Origin: Actinomycetes bacterium
Lineage (GTDB): Bacteria; Actinomycetota; Thermoleophilia; RBG-16-64-13
DNA length: 64,000 nucleotides
Reading direction: 5' to 3'
Assembly (NCBI GenBank): GCA_021372435.1
Contig: JAJFUK010000128.1
Span: forward strand, 6,095-70,094
Position numbers and translations under genes: made by a program. Positions 1 to 9,209 of this stretch are shown here, in pieces. Every line of letters begins with the position of its first letter. Position 1 is the stretch's first letter. The notes below the pieces were generated by a model. It had not been told where the DNA came from, made no database searches, and saw nothing but the letters and a program-made list of their open reading frames with translations.

Positions 1-128
1 AAGTATCAGAGGAACCTGCGGAAGAGGGGGGGCTCCTCTTAGAACCCGATCCCAATCAAGCAACGCCGGCCGGGCCGGGGACGACCACTAGTACGGGCCG
101 GAAGCGACCGGTCGGCGGAGGTGCCGGG

Positions 129-1421
129 ATGATCCTGCAGGCCGCATCCGATGTCTTACGGCTCCGCCGCACCGAGGGTTGGTTGGTCGGCGGGACTGTG
201 CGCGACCGCGAATTGGGCCGCTATTCCCCGGATGTCGACATGGTGGTGGCCGACGACGCGGCCACGGTCGCCGCGGATATCGCCGCCGGCCTGAGGGCTC
301 CCTGGTTCGCCCTATCTGAACGTCACGGGGCCTACCGGGTCGTTGGTCGAGAAGGTCACGTCGATGTATCGACCTTGCGGGGTCGGGACATCGTGGATGA
401 CCTGGCCAGACGCGATTTTACCGTCAACGCGATGGCCCTCCCTGTGGAGGGCGGGGAGCTCGTCGACCCGTTCGACGGCCTGGCTCATCTACGGGAGGGG
501 CGCCTGGTGCCCGTCTCGGAAAGGATCTTCTGGGACGATCCTCTGCGGCTGATGAGGGCGCCGCGTTTCGTCCATGTGCTGGGCCTGCGGCTCGATGCCT
601 CTTTGACCGGGGCGGTGAAAGGGCAGGCGGGCCTGCTCGCGCGTGCCGCTGTAGAACGGGTCGCCACCGAGATGATACTGACGCTCGCAGCAGGGCGGGC
701 CGCGGATGCGGTGCGTCTGTGGGACGATCTGGGGCTGCTCGAAGTGGTGCTGCCGGAAGTCGCGGCCCAGAAAGACCTCGGGCCGATTCTGGCCGTACTG
801 GAACGCCTCGACGACCTTCTGGTCCGGCCCGCGGACTGGTTTCCGGCGACGGCGGGCCTGCTTGTCGACCGGCTGGCCCGTCCAATCGACGGCGCGGTGG
901 GGCGGCCGGTGGCGCTTCGCCTGGCAGGCCTGCTGCATCGTTTGACGGCCACAGAAGCGGAGGCGGTGGCCTCGAGGCTGAAGCTTTCCGGCCGGATGGT
1001 CTCACTGGTGCGAACGGTGGCGGGACACCTCTCCGGGGGTCGTACGCTTCCCGCCTCCGCGATAGGCCGACCGGCAGTGCTGTTTATGTGGGAAGCCGCC
1101 CCGTGGGAGCCCGAGGTGATCCTGTTGGCGGCCGCGCGTGGAGCCGGACAAGGCGAGGAGTACAATGTGTCCGCTACCAGCGCTGTTCTTGATGCCGCAA
1201 GATCCTTGTTGGCGTTATGGGCCGACCGGCTCCTCCACGGGATTCCCCGTGTCCCTCTCGACGGTGATCTGCTCATGCGCGAGTTGGGAATAGAGGGCGG
1301 TCCCTTACTGGGGAGGCTGTTGCGTGAACTGCGGCTGGCCTGGGAAGCGGGGGAAGCCTCGAGCCGGGACGGACTACTCGCCGTCGCGAAGGCCGCGAGG
1401 GCCGTCCTCGCAACAGAATAG
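129..1421 (+). CDS. cca: CCA-adding tRNA nucleotidyltransferase / poly(A) polymerase family (head domain GGTVRD...DVDMVV)
   Basis: N-terminal nucleotidyltransferase motif LVGGTVRDRELGR...DVDMVV typical of the PcnB/CCA family; 430-aa ORF. Confidence 0.75.
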   Translation: MILQAASDVLRLRRTEGWLVGGTVRDRELGRYSPDVDMVVADDAATVAADIAAGLRAPWFALSERHGAYRVVGREGHVDVSTLRGRDIVDDLARRDFTVNAMALPVEGGELVDPFDGLAHLREGRLVPVSERIFWDDPLRLMRAPRFVHVLGLRLDASLTGAVKGQAGLLARAAVERVATEMILTLAAGRAADAVRLWDDLGLLEVVLPEVAAQKDLGPILAVLERLDDLLVRPADWFPATAGLLVDRLARPIDGAVGRPVALRLAGLLHRLTATEAEAVASRLKLSGRMVSLVRTVAGHLSGGRTLPASAIGRPAVLFMWEAAPWEPEVILLAAARGAGQGEEYNVSATSAVLDAARSLLALWADRLLHGIPRVPLDGDLLMRELGIEGGPLLGRLLRELRLAWEAGEASSRDGLLAVAKAARAVLATE

Positions 1422-1494
1422 CCGGTTCTGCACTTCGAGACCCGGCCGCCGACACGAACGCGGAGGCCGCACGCAAAGGCCGGATGTCGAAGAA

Positions 1495-1530
1495 CGGGGG
1501 GCTCCCTGCACTTGTGCAGGGAGCCCCCCG
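1495..1530. terminator. GC-rich perfect hairpin between convergent genes (bidirectional terminator candidate)
   Basis: gggggctccctgcac-ttg-tgcagggagccccc inverted repeat, between the cca stop and the stop of the convergent minus-strand gene. Confidence 0.5.
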
Positions 1531-1560
1531 GACTGAGGCTGTCTCGGAGGTTTAGTCCCG

Positions 1561-3489
1561 CTACTGGGAGGTCACCATCTCGTTCTCGACCGCCCAGGCC
1601 TGCGCGGCCCCATCGTAGAGCTTGACGTTGTTGTAGTTGAGCATCTGGGTGAGCACATACCACCAGGATGACTCATAACCGCCTACCCCACAGTAGACGA
1701 TGATCTCGCCACACACGCCGCGGTCCATGACCTCGGACACCGGATCCGCCAGTGCCTCTGCAGGCTTGTAGGTCCAGTCCTCCGCCCAGATCAACGGGGC
1801 CGGCAGCGATACCGCCGTCGGTATGTGTCCCGGCTTGGTGGCCCAAGGCTCGGTGGTCTCGCCCGAATAGACGGTCGCGTCTCTGGCATCGATGATCAAC
1901 GTCGTGCCGATGTGGTTCTTCACGTACTCCGTCGAGACGAACATGCCGGCGGCCACGGTGCCGGTGTAAGTCACCGGGGTGACTGTGGGTACGTCGGTCG
2001 TGACCGGCTTACCATCCGCCACCCATTTGGGATAGGCGCCATCGAGGACGGCCACGTTCCTGACCCCGGCGTAGATGAGGGTATCGGCTACTCTGTTCAT
2101 ATCGGCCAACCCGTACGTGGGCATCGGGTCATACCCGCCGACCACGACCACCTTGGAGGAGGAAGTGATCCCGGAGTCGCCCAAAAGCTTGAAGAGGTCC
2201 TCTTGGGCGGGCACCTCCATATAGAGCCGGCCGGGCGCCATGTCTTCCGGGGCGGTGTTGGTGTAGAAGCCGGCAGGAATACTGATCGAGTGGGGAATGT
2301 GACCGGTCGCATAGGCTTCCGCTGATCTGATGTCGACGATCACCAGCCCCTGCATCTCCAGATTCTCCGCCAGCCAGTCGGTGGAGACGACCGGGTCGAT
2401 GGACGGACTCACAGCGATGGCGACGACCTCGCTCGGCCACAGCTTGCTGTCGGTCACCTGATTACTGTTCGGGCTCAGATAGCCGGCCCGTAGAGCGCCG
2501 TCATCGGACGGCAGCGGCTTGCCGGCGGTCTCATAGGTCAGCACCAAGGTGACCTGATCAGAAAAATCGGTGATCTTCTCGCCGGTGGCCGGGTCAAACA
2601 CGTCGACCTTACCGGCCAGCTCATCTGCACTATAGGTCTTGCTGTATCCGTCGGAGGCGATGACGGTGATCTCGTCGCCTCCTCCCGCCAGATCGACAAG
2701 AGCGCCCACCGCGACGCCGGTGTACTGCCAAGGCCCTGTGATGTTGCCCAGCTTGTTCTTCCAGCCGCCGTAGCCTGTTGTGGCCTCCATAGTCTTCAGC
2801 TCGGCCATGGTGAACTCCTGGACTCCCGCGGGCCCGGTAAGGGTCAGAACGACGCCGGTGCGGTAGTAGAGTTGAGCCAAGAGTTCAGCGGCCTCGCCCC
2901 GGGTGGCATAGCCGGTGGTGTCCCAGGCGGCCAGATCGGGGATCGCCTCCAGTAGGCCGTTGTACTCGGCCTTCTTAAGGTTGTCGCCGTGGTTGGGATC
3001 GGAGTAGGTGAGGACTCCCTGATAGTCCTCCGGTGCATCCGCCAGGGCGGCGCCCGCCGCGCGGACGACGATGGTGATGGCCTGCTGCCGGGTCAGATTG
3101 TCACTAAACCCGAAGGCGCCGCTGGGGTAGCCCTTGATGATCCCTTGCTCTGCCGCCACCGCTGCGAAGCTGCCTGGATACAACGGATTGTTCACAGGGT
3201 CGTAGGTCGCCGGCGTATCAGTGAACGGAGAGACGTCCGCCGTGCTGACCTCGTAGCCCATAGTCAGCACCGCCATCTTGGCGAACTGTTGTCTCTGAAG
3301 CAGATTGTCCGGTTTGAAAGTGCCATCGTCGTACCCGCCGACGAAGGCCCGGCACGCCAGCGCGTTGATGCTGGCCTCGAAGGGGTTGTCGTCGATGTCG
3401 GTGAAGCCGGCCGCCGAGGCTGGGACCCCCATGGCCAGCACCAGGACGGTCGCCAACACCAATCCGATTGTGACGCGCAGTCTTCTCAT
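1561..3489 (-). CDS. Secreted multidomain protein: signal peptide + SLH domain + sulfite-oxidase-fold (Oxidored_molyb-like) domain + three rhodanese-like domains (last with active-site Cys)
   Basis: Start at MRRLRV (signal peptide). SLH-like GFTDIDDNPFEASINALA...FKPDNLLQRQQFAKM. Mo-domain-like GGWKNKLGNITGPWQYTGV...DGALRAGYLSP. Rhodanese motifs GHIPHSISIP, GHIPTAVSLP and C-terminal CGVGGYESS. Confidence 0.6.
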   Translation of the reverse strand: MRRLRVTIGLVLATVLVLAMGVPASAAGFTDIDDNPFEASINALACRAFVGGYDDGTFKPDNLLQRQQFAKMAVLTMGYEVSTADVSPFTDTPATYDPVNNPLYPGSFAAVAAEQGIIKGYPSGAFGFSDNLTRQQAITIVVRAAGAALADAPEDYQGVLTYSDPNHGDNLKKAEYNGLLEAIPDLAAWDTTGYATRGEAAELLAQLYYRTGVVLTLTGPAGVQEFTMAELKTMEATTGYGGWKNKLGNITGPWQYTGVAVGALVDLAGGGDEITVIASDGYSKTYSADELAGKVDVFDPATGEKITDFSDQVTLVLTYETAGKPLPSDDGALRAGYLSPNSNQVTDSKLWPSEVVAIAVSPSIDPVVSTDWLAENLEMQGLVIVDIRSAEAYATGHIPHSISIPAGFYTNTAPEDMAPGRLYMEVPAQEDLFKLLGDSGITSSSKVVVVGGYDPMPTYGLADMNRVADTLIYAGVRNVAVLDGAYPKWVADGKPVTTDVPTVTPVTYTGTVAAGMFVSTEYVKNHIGTTLIIDARDATVYSGETTEPWATKPGHIPTAVSLPAPLIWAEDWTYKPAEALADPVSEVMDRGVCGEIIVYCGVGGYESSWWYVLTQMLNYNNVKLYDGAAQAWAVENEMVTSQ

Positions 3490-3548
3490 CAAGGCTCCTT
3501 TCACGCGAGGTTCTTTCGCAATCTTAGAGCTACCTGACAGCTTCTTTA

Positions 3549-4385
3549 CTAGTGTATCCGTAGTTCGACCACTTTCTTCACCCACATCGCGCTGTCGGTG
3601 ACCTGATTCTGCGCCGAACTGACAAACGCGAGGCGAAGAGGACCCTCGCCGGAGCTGAGCGTTCCCCCTCCTTTTGCGTACGCGACTATCGCGATGATAT
3701 CGATGCCGGTGATCACCTCACCGGTCACGGGGTCGTAGGTGGTCACCGCTCCCGCCACGTCGTTCGCCGATAGGTTCTCCGAATAGCCGTCCGAAGCGAC
3801 GACCGTCACGGAGCTTCCCCCGCCGACGAGGCGCATCAGAGCGCGCAATGTCACGCCGGTCCACGAGATGGGACCGGTGATATTGCCCAGTTGGTTCTTC
3901 CAACCTCCGTAGCCTGCGGTCGCCGGCATGGCCTTGAGGTCGGCCATGGACAACTCTTTGACACCTGAGGGACCACTGATCGTAAGGGCGATCGGGGCCT
4001 TGGCGGAGGTCGTGGTGGGCTTGGCCGTGGTCGTGGTGGTCGACGGCACCGCGGACGTGGCGGGGCTCGCCGTGGTCGTGGTCGACGGGGCGGAGGTCGT
4101 GGTCGAGGCGGCCACCGTTGTCACCGGCGCGGCGACGGTCGTGCTCGCGAGTATCGTGGTGGTGGTCGGCGCCGCAACGGTAGTGAGGCTTGAGGCGCTG
4201 GACGATGAGGCCGGAAAAGCTGCAGTGGACGCGGTCGCGACCGTGGGACCGGCGCCGGTGGAGGCGCTGGGGTCGCCTGCATGATCCTCATCTGCGCACG
4301 CGCCAAGTCCGAGCCCGATCACCGACGCGATGAGGAAGATGGTCGACAAGGTCAAGATCGAGTGATTCTTCTTCGGCATAGGCAT
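3549..4385 (-). CDS. Lipoprotein with long Thr/Ser/Ala-rich linker and C-terminal sulfite-oxidase-fold (Oxidored_molyb-like) domain
   Basis: Start MPMPKKNH with lipobox LGLGAC. ~100-aa T/S/A-rich low-complexity linker. Domain GGWKNQLGNITGPISWTGV...GEGPLRLAFVSSAQNQVTDSAMWVKKVVELRI, paralogous to the domains in the neighbouring genes. Confidence 0.55.
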   Translation of the reverse strand: MPMPKKNHSILTLSTIFLIASVIGLGLGACADEDHAGDPSASTGAGPTVATASTAAFPASSSSASSLTTVAAPTTTTILASTTVAAPVTTVAASTTTSAPSTTTTASPATSAVPSTTTTTAKPTTTSAKAPIALTISGPSGVKELSMADLKAMPATAGYGGWKNQLGNITGPISWTGVTLRALMRLVGGGSSVTVVASDGYSENLSANDVAGAVTTYDPVTGEVITGIDIIAIVAYAKGGGTLSSGEGPLRLAFVSSAQNQVTDSAMWVKKVVELRIH

Positions 4386-4474
4386 CGGTGTCCCCGTATG
4401 TGTGGTAAATGTGTCGCTACATATGGTATAAGAAACGCTCTCACAAAGGGAAGAAGGCGTCAAGGAGCTTGAAG

Positions 4475-5503
4475 ATGGCCACCAGTAGGACTCACTTTTC
4501 GCGGTTCTTGATGCGGGCGACCGCCTCGTTGGTCGTTCTGGGCATTCTGCTGTTGCCGGTGGCCTGCGGGGGGGGCGAGGAGGACGCCGCCGTGGACGGT
4601 GGAGAGGTCGTGCTCGAGGTCATCGGCCTCGATGGGACGAAGGCCTACACCCTCGATGAGATCAAGGAGCTTCCGACCACGGAAGGATACGCGGGGATAA
4701 AGAGTTCTACCGGTCGTATCACTCCGCCCGTGTTGGTCAAAGGCGTCAGCCTCGAGGACCTGTTCGCCGGGGTGGGCGGGCTGCCGGACGGCATGGCGAT
4801 CGGTATCGCGGCCAAGGACGGCTACGAGATGACTATGTCGGTGGAGCAGTGCAGGGCGGGTGACTTCATCACCTACGATATGGTCACCGGTGAGGAGAAG
4901 ACGATCGCTGAGCCTCTCACCGTAGTCGTGGCCTATGAGTACGATGGAAAGCCCATCGACCCCCAGAGCGACGGCCCTCTTCGTCTGGCGATCGTGAGCC
5001 CGGAGCAGAACCAGGTGACGGATGGGCACTGGTCGGTGAAGTGGGTGACCAAGGTCCAGGTGAAGGCCATCGAGCAGGAATGGATCCTGACATTGAAAGG
5101 CAGGCTGACCGAGGAGATGGACCGGGCCACCTTCGAGAGCGGCTCAGCTGAGGGCTGCCACGGCCAGAATTGGACCGACGCCCATGGCGACGAGTGGACC
5201 GGGATCCCGCTGTACCTGCTGGTAGGACGGGTGGATGACGACGTTGCCCACGAGGGTCCGGCCTACAACCGCGAGCTGGCCGAAGCCGGCTATCAGGTGG
5301 TGTTGAAGACGGCCGACGGGAAGAGCGTCGAGGTGGCCAGCAAGACCATGTACTACAACAAGGAGCTCATCGTGGCGTACAAGTTGAACGGTGAGCCCCT
5401 CCCCGAAGAGTACTGGCCGCTCAGGCTCGTGGGAGAAGGGGTCGACGAGGCCGGCATGATCGGGCGGGTCACCGAGATCGAGGCTCTGGTGCCGGTGGAG
5501 TAG
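4475..5503 (+). CDS. Lipoprotein with two tandem sulfite-oxidase-fold (Oxidored_molyb-like) domains
   Basis: Start MATSRT, signal peptide + LLPVACGG lipobox. Domain 1 GYAGIKSSTGRITPPVLVKGV...DGPLRLAIVSPEQNQVTDGHWSVKWVTKVQV. Domain 2 ...NGEPLPEEYWPLRLVGEGVDEAGMIGRVTEIEA. Confidence 0.55.
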   Translation: MATSRTHFSRFLMRATASLVVLGILLLPVACGGGEEDAAVDGGEVVLEVIGLDGTKAYTLDEIKELPTTEGYAGIKSSTGRITPPVLVKGVSLEDLFAGVGGLPDGMAIGIAAKDGYEMTMSVEQCRAGDFITYDMVTGEEKTIAEPLTVVVAYEYDGKPIDPQSDGPLRLAIVSPEQNQVTDGHWSVKWVTKVQVKAIEQEWILTLKGRLTEEMDRATFESGSAEGCHGQNWTDAHGDEWTGIPLYLLVGRVDDDVAHEGPAYNRELAEAGYQVVLKTADGKSVEVASKTMYYNKELIVAYKLNGEPLPEEYWPLRLVGEGVDEAGMIGRVTEIEALVPVE

Positions 5504-5588
5504 GCCGGCCATGCCTGGGAGGCCGCCGAAAAACGAAGTCCCGGCCACCGGCGCGCCCCGGCCGGCGCGATCCTGCCTCGTCAGGCGC

Positions 5589-6722
5589 ATGAACAGTGCC
5601 GCCGTCGACCGCAGACGGACGTTGCCGCTCCTACTACTGACCGTCGTCGCGGCGACCGTCGTCGCGGCAGTGGTTCTCGCGGGTTGTTCAGACTCGGCGG
5701 GGAGCGCGACGCCGGGCGAGGGTGACGGCGGCGACGGTGTCCGGGTGCTCTTCGCGGGAAGTCTGATCATTCCCTTCGCGCAGCTCGAGGAGGAGTTCGA
5801 GACCGCTCATCCCGGGATCGACGTCAACATGGAGGGGCACGGCAGCATCCAGGCCATCCGCATCGTGAGCGACCTCCACGAGCTGGCCGATCTGGTCGTC
5901 ACCGCCGACTATCAGTTGATCCCGATGCTCCTCTATCAGACCCAGGATCCCGATTCCGGCCTTCCCTACGCCGGCTGGAGCGTCGTTTTCGCTACCAACA
6001 AGATGGCGCTTGCCTATTCCCCAGACAGCGCCTTCGCCACCGAGATCGGCGCCGACAACTGGTTCGATATCATCAACCGGGACGGAGTGCGCCTGGGTTG
6101 TTCCGATCCCCGTCTTGACGCCAACGGATACCGTGCACTCATGACGGTGAAGTTGGCGGAGGGCTTCTACGGACGGCCGGACCTCTTCACGAAGACCTTC
6201 GGTGGGGTCTTCCGGATCCCAGTGCGCGTGAGCGAGACGGGAGACGGCGCGATCATCACCGTCCCCGAGGTGTTGGAGACGAAGAGCGGGTCGCACGTGG
6301 TGCTCCGCCCATACAGCGTCAACCTTCTTCCTTTGCTCAAATCCGGGGACATCGACTACGCGTTCGAGTACGAAAGCGTGATCGAACAGCATGGTCTGAA
6401 GTACGTCTCCCTGCCGCCCGAGATCGATCTTGGGGATCCTGCCTGCGCCGATCTCTACAGGTCCGTCACCGTCAAGCTGGATTTTCAGCGCTTTACCAGC
6501 GTAGAGCCGGTGTTCAGGGGTGAGCCCATCAGGTACGGCGTGACCATCCCCGCCAATGCCCGGGACCCCGGCGCCGCGGAGTCGCTCCTGGCCTATCTCC
6601 TGGGTCCTGAAGGGCAAAGGATCATGGCGGAGAATTACCAACCCATGATCACTCCCGCCCTGACGGACGATCTCGACGGACTACCGGAATCGATCAAGGT
6701 CCTCTGCACGTCCGGCGACTGA
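5589..6722 (+). CDS. Tungstate/molybdate ABC transporter substrate-binding lipoprotein (WtpA/ModA-like)
   Basis: Start MNSAAV with lipobox LAGC. Periplasmic binding protein pattern VRVLFAGSLIIPF...GIDVNMEGHGS...VVFATNKMALAYS resembling WtpA/TupA. Followed by a permease and an ATPase. Confidence 0.65.
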   Translation: MNSAAVDRRRTLPLLLLTVVAATVVAAVVLAGCSDSAGSATPGEGDGGDGVRVLFAGSLIIPFAQLEEEFETAHPGIDVNMEGHGSIQAIRIVSDLHELADLVVTADYQLIPMLLYQTQDPDSGLPYAGWSVVFATNKMALAYSPDSAFATEIGADNWFDIINRDGVRLGCSDPRLDANGYRALMTVKLAEGFYGRPDLFTKTFGGVFRIPVRVSETGDGAIITVPEVLETKSGSHVVLRPYSVNLLPLLKSGDIDYAFEYESVIEQHGLKYVSLPPEIDLGDPACADLYRSVTVKLDFQRFTSVEPVFRGEPIRYGVTIPANARDPGAAESLLAYLLGPEGQRIMAENYQPMITPALTDDLDGLPESIKVLCTSGD

Positions 6723-6734
6723 CGAGGTTCGAAC

Positions 6735-7553
6735 ATGACCCGGACACGTGTGCTCAGCCGGATGGACTGGGTCTTCACGTTCGTCGGCCTGCTCCTCCTT
6801 CTGTTCATCCTTGTGCCTCTGGTGGCGACGATCTTCGCCTCGAGCCCCGGGGAGTTCGTGGAGGGGGTCAGCGACAAGGGCGTGGTGACCTCGTTGGCAC
6901 TGACGTTCGCGGCTGCCTTCGTGGCCACGGTCATCGCCCTCGTCCTCGGTGTGCCTCTTGCCTACCTGCTCGCCCGCAGGGAATTCTGGGGCAAGAACCT
7001 GGTCCAGGGGATCATCGACCTTCCCATCATCATCCCTCATACCGCTGCCGGCGTGGCCCTTCTCATGGTCTTCGGACGGCGCGGCCTTCTCGGCGGGCCG
7101 CTGGCGTCGCTCGGTCTCTACTTCACGGAGAATCTCGCCGGTATCGTGGTGGCCATGCTCTTCGTCAGCCTACCCCTTCTCGTGGACACGGCCAGGGAGT
7201 CGTTCGTCCTGGTGGACCGGCGCCTCGAGAGCGTCGCGCGGACTCTAGGAGCGGGTCCCTGGACGGCTTTTCGGCGGGTCACCTTGCCCCTGGCCTGGCG
7301 GGGGATCGTGGCCGGGTCGGTGATGATGTGGGCCCGGGGGATCAGTGAGTTCGGCGCCGTAGTGATCCTCGCCTACAACCCCAAGACGGTCTCAGTGCTG
7401 ATCTATGAGCGCTTCGTCGGCTTCGGGCTCGACGCCGCGCTGCCGGTCACCGCTCTGCTGCTCCTCCTGGCGCTCGCGATCTTGGTGGTGACCCGGGCGG
7501 TGCTTCTTCCGAGGCATAGACGAGACCGACCCGAGCGGGGAGACGGACGATGA
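6735..7553 (+). CDS. Molybdate/tungstate ABC transporter permease (ModB/WtpB-like)
   Basis: 6-TM BPD_transp_1-type permease, 272 aa, immediately downstream of the binding protein. Confidence 0.7.
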   Translation: MTRTRVLSRMDWVFTFVGLLLLLFILVPLVATIFASSPGEFVEGVSDKGVVTSLALTFAAAFVATVIALVLGVPLAYLLARREFWGKNLVQGIIDLPIIIPHTAAGVALLMVFGRRGLLGGPLASLGLYFTENLAGIVVAMLFVSLPLLVDTARESFVLVDRRLESVARTLGAGPWTAFRRVTLPLAWRGIVAGSVMMWARGISEFGAVVILAYNPKTVSVLIYERFVGFGLDAALPVTALLLLLALAILVVTRAVLLPRHRRDRPERGDGR

Positions 7554-8866
7554 TCCGGCTGGAGGGTCTGAGGGTCCAGGCCGGCGATTTCAGTCTCGCC
7601 GTCGACGACCTGTCGATCGCGCGGGGGGAATATGCCATAGTGCTGGGCCCCACTGCCTCGGGGAAGACTGTGCTGCTTGAGACGGTGGCCGGCCTGCGCC
7701 GGTCGCGGGAGGGCCGGGTGTGGTTCGGCGCCCGGGACGTCACGGCCGAACCGCCGGAAGGGCGGGGAGCCGGACTTGTCTATCAGGACTATGCCTTGTT
7801 CCCGCACCTGACCGTGGCGGCGAACATCGCCTTCGGACTACGGTTGCGGCGGGCGCGCGTCTGCGCGCGGCCCGCCGCGCCGTCCCGTCCCGGCGTCCCG
7901 TCCCGGCCCGCCGTCTCTGGTCCCCCCGCGGGCGGACCCGTGGCGGCCGCCGGGGGCAGGCCGGTCGCAGGTCGAGGAGGCCCGCCCGCCGAGGACAACC
8001 GGGTGCGAGAACTGGCCGTCCTGCTTGGGATCGAGGGCCTGTTGCCGAGGTACCCGGAGGGACTTTCCGGGGGGGAGCGTCAGCGGGTGGCGCTCGCCCG
8101 GGCTCTGGCCATCGGGCCGGAGGTGCTGCTGCTCGACGAGCCGCTCTCTGCCCTGGATGGTCCCACCCGGGCCGAACTGCAGGGCGAGCTCAGGCGGGTG
8201 CAAAGGGAGCTGGGGGCCACGGTGATGCACGTTACCCACGATCTGGACGAGGCCCTTGCTCTTGGTGACCAGGTGGCGGTGCTCATCGACGGGCGACTTC
8301 GCCAGGTGGGGACCCCCGAGGAGGTCACCCGGTTCCCGGCCGACGTCGAAGTGGCGCGCCTGGTGGGGTTCAAGAACGTGTTCCCGATCTCGATACCGGA
8401 CGAGGGCGACGTGCTCGCGGCCGATCGCCGGAAGCGTCTGCTACTGGAAAACGGGTGGGAGCTACTCGCTGAGCCCACAGGACCGGCCGGGTTGACGCCG
8501 CGTGATTCGCCGGGCCGGCTGTTCGCCGTGGTCCGGGCGGACGAGACAGGGATAGAGTCGCTGGACGGCCGGCGTCCTGTATCGTCCCTCGGGTGGACTG
8601 ATGGTCATACCAGTGAACCCGGCAACCTTCTGGAGGGTCGGGTGAGGCTGGTGCAGATCCAGTCCGTTCATGCCTCGATCGAGGTCGAGGTACCGCCCGT
8701 GAAGCGGGGTGCGTCTCCCGCGGTCTTCACCGTGCACGTTTTGCGGTCACACGTCGAAAGGGCCGGATTCGCCGCCGGTTCGAGCGTGCGCCTGCGGATC
8801 CCTCCGTCGGCGGTGCATGTGTGCCCGGGTGCAGGCGGACCGGCGAGGGGGAACGCAGCCCTCTGA
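7550..8866 (+). CDS. Molybdate/tungstate ABC transporter ATP-binding protein with C-terminal TOBE domain (ModC/WtpC-like), carrying a ~55-aa Pro/Ala/Gly-rich insertion
   Basis: Walker A GPTASGKT, signature LSGGERQRVALARAL, Walker B LLLDEPLSALD, C-terminal TOBE-like region. Low-complexity insert RPAAPSRPGVPSRPAVSGPPAGGP... Confidence 0.7.
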   Translation: MIRLEGLRVQAGDFSLAVDDLSIARGEYAIVLGPTASGKTVLLETVAGLRRSREGRVWFGARDVTAEPPEGRGAGLVYQDYALFPHLTVAANIAFGLRLRRARVCARPAAPSRPGVPSRPAVSGPPAGGPVAAAGGRPVAGRGGPPAEDNRVRELAVLLGIEGLLPRYPEGLSGGERQRVALARALAIGPEVLLLDEPLSALDGPTRAELQGELRRVQRELGATVMHVTHDLDEALALGDQVAVLIDGRLRQVGTPEEVTRFPADVEVARLVGFKNVFPISIPDEGDVLAADRRKRLLLENGWELLAEPTGPAGLTPRDSPGRLFAVVRADETGIESLDGRRPVSSLGWTDGHTSEPGNLLEGRVRLVQIQSVHASIEVEVPPVKRGASPAVFTVHVLRSHVERAGFAAGSSVRLRIPPSAVHVCPGAGGPARGNAAL

Positions 8867-8920
8867 TACAAGGCGCCGCCACTGCAGCCGGGACTGCCGG
8901 GATGCACCGTGGTATCATTA

Positions 8921-8945
8921 CCTGCCTTTTGAAACGAGTTCTTAG
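8921..8945. repeat. Solo fragment of the terminal inverted repeat of the window's MITE-like element
   Basis: ccttttgaaacgagttcttagg matches the right terminus gcttcattttgaaacgagttctaagg of the copies at 47.6, 48.6 and 51.2 kb. Confidence 0.4.
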
Positions 8946-8981
8946 GCTCACCGGCTGCCAAGGAGTGTCACTGGAGGCACC

Positions 8982-9194
8982 TTGAAGGACGATATACATC
9001 CGAAGTACGTTGAGAGCAAAGTCATCTGCTCGTGCGGCGAGACGTTCATGACACGCTCGACTTTGCCCGTGATACACGTCGAGATCTGCTCTGCCTGTCA
9101 TCCCTTCTATACGGGCAAGCAGAAGCTGGTCGATACCGCGGGCCGGGTGGAGAGGTTCAACAAGAAGTATCGCCGCGCCGAGAAGAGCAAGTAG
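8982..9194 (+). CDS. rpmE: 50S ribosomal protein L31
   Basis: 70-aa protein MKDDIHPKY...CSCGETF...[13 protein letters not shown], classic zinc-ribbon L31. Confidence 0.9.
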   Translation: MKDDIHPKYVESKVICSCGETFMTRSTLPVIHVEICSACHPFYTGKQKLVDTAGRVERFNKKYRRAEKSK

Positions 9195-9209
9195 ATTTTC
9201 TCGGGCACC

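Noticed and set aside
1-128. Possible terminator hairpin aagagg-gggggct-cctctt at 21-42 or a small RNA at the window start
   Set aside because: Short stem with no U-tract, and context unknown because the upstream gene is outside the window
485-1663. Long antisense ORFs throughout the window (e.g. 485-1663 minus, 34124-36517 minus, 39382-41721 minus, 45049-46179 minus, 52016-53509 minus, 28823-29920 minus)
   Set aside because: They lie opposite well-supported genes (cca, secA, M23 peptidase/ctpA, pgpH, RM enzyme, ahcY). They have Arg/Pro/Gly-rich composition with no motifs. They are the expected stop-codon-poor artefacts of high-GC DNA
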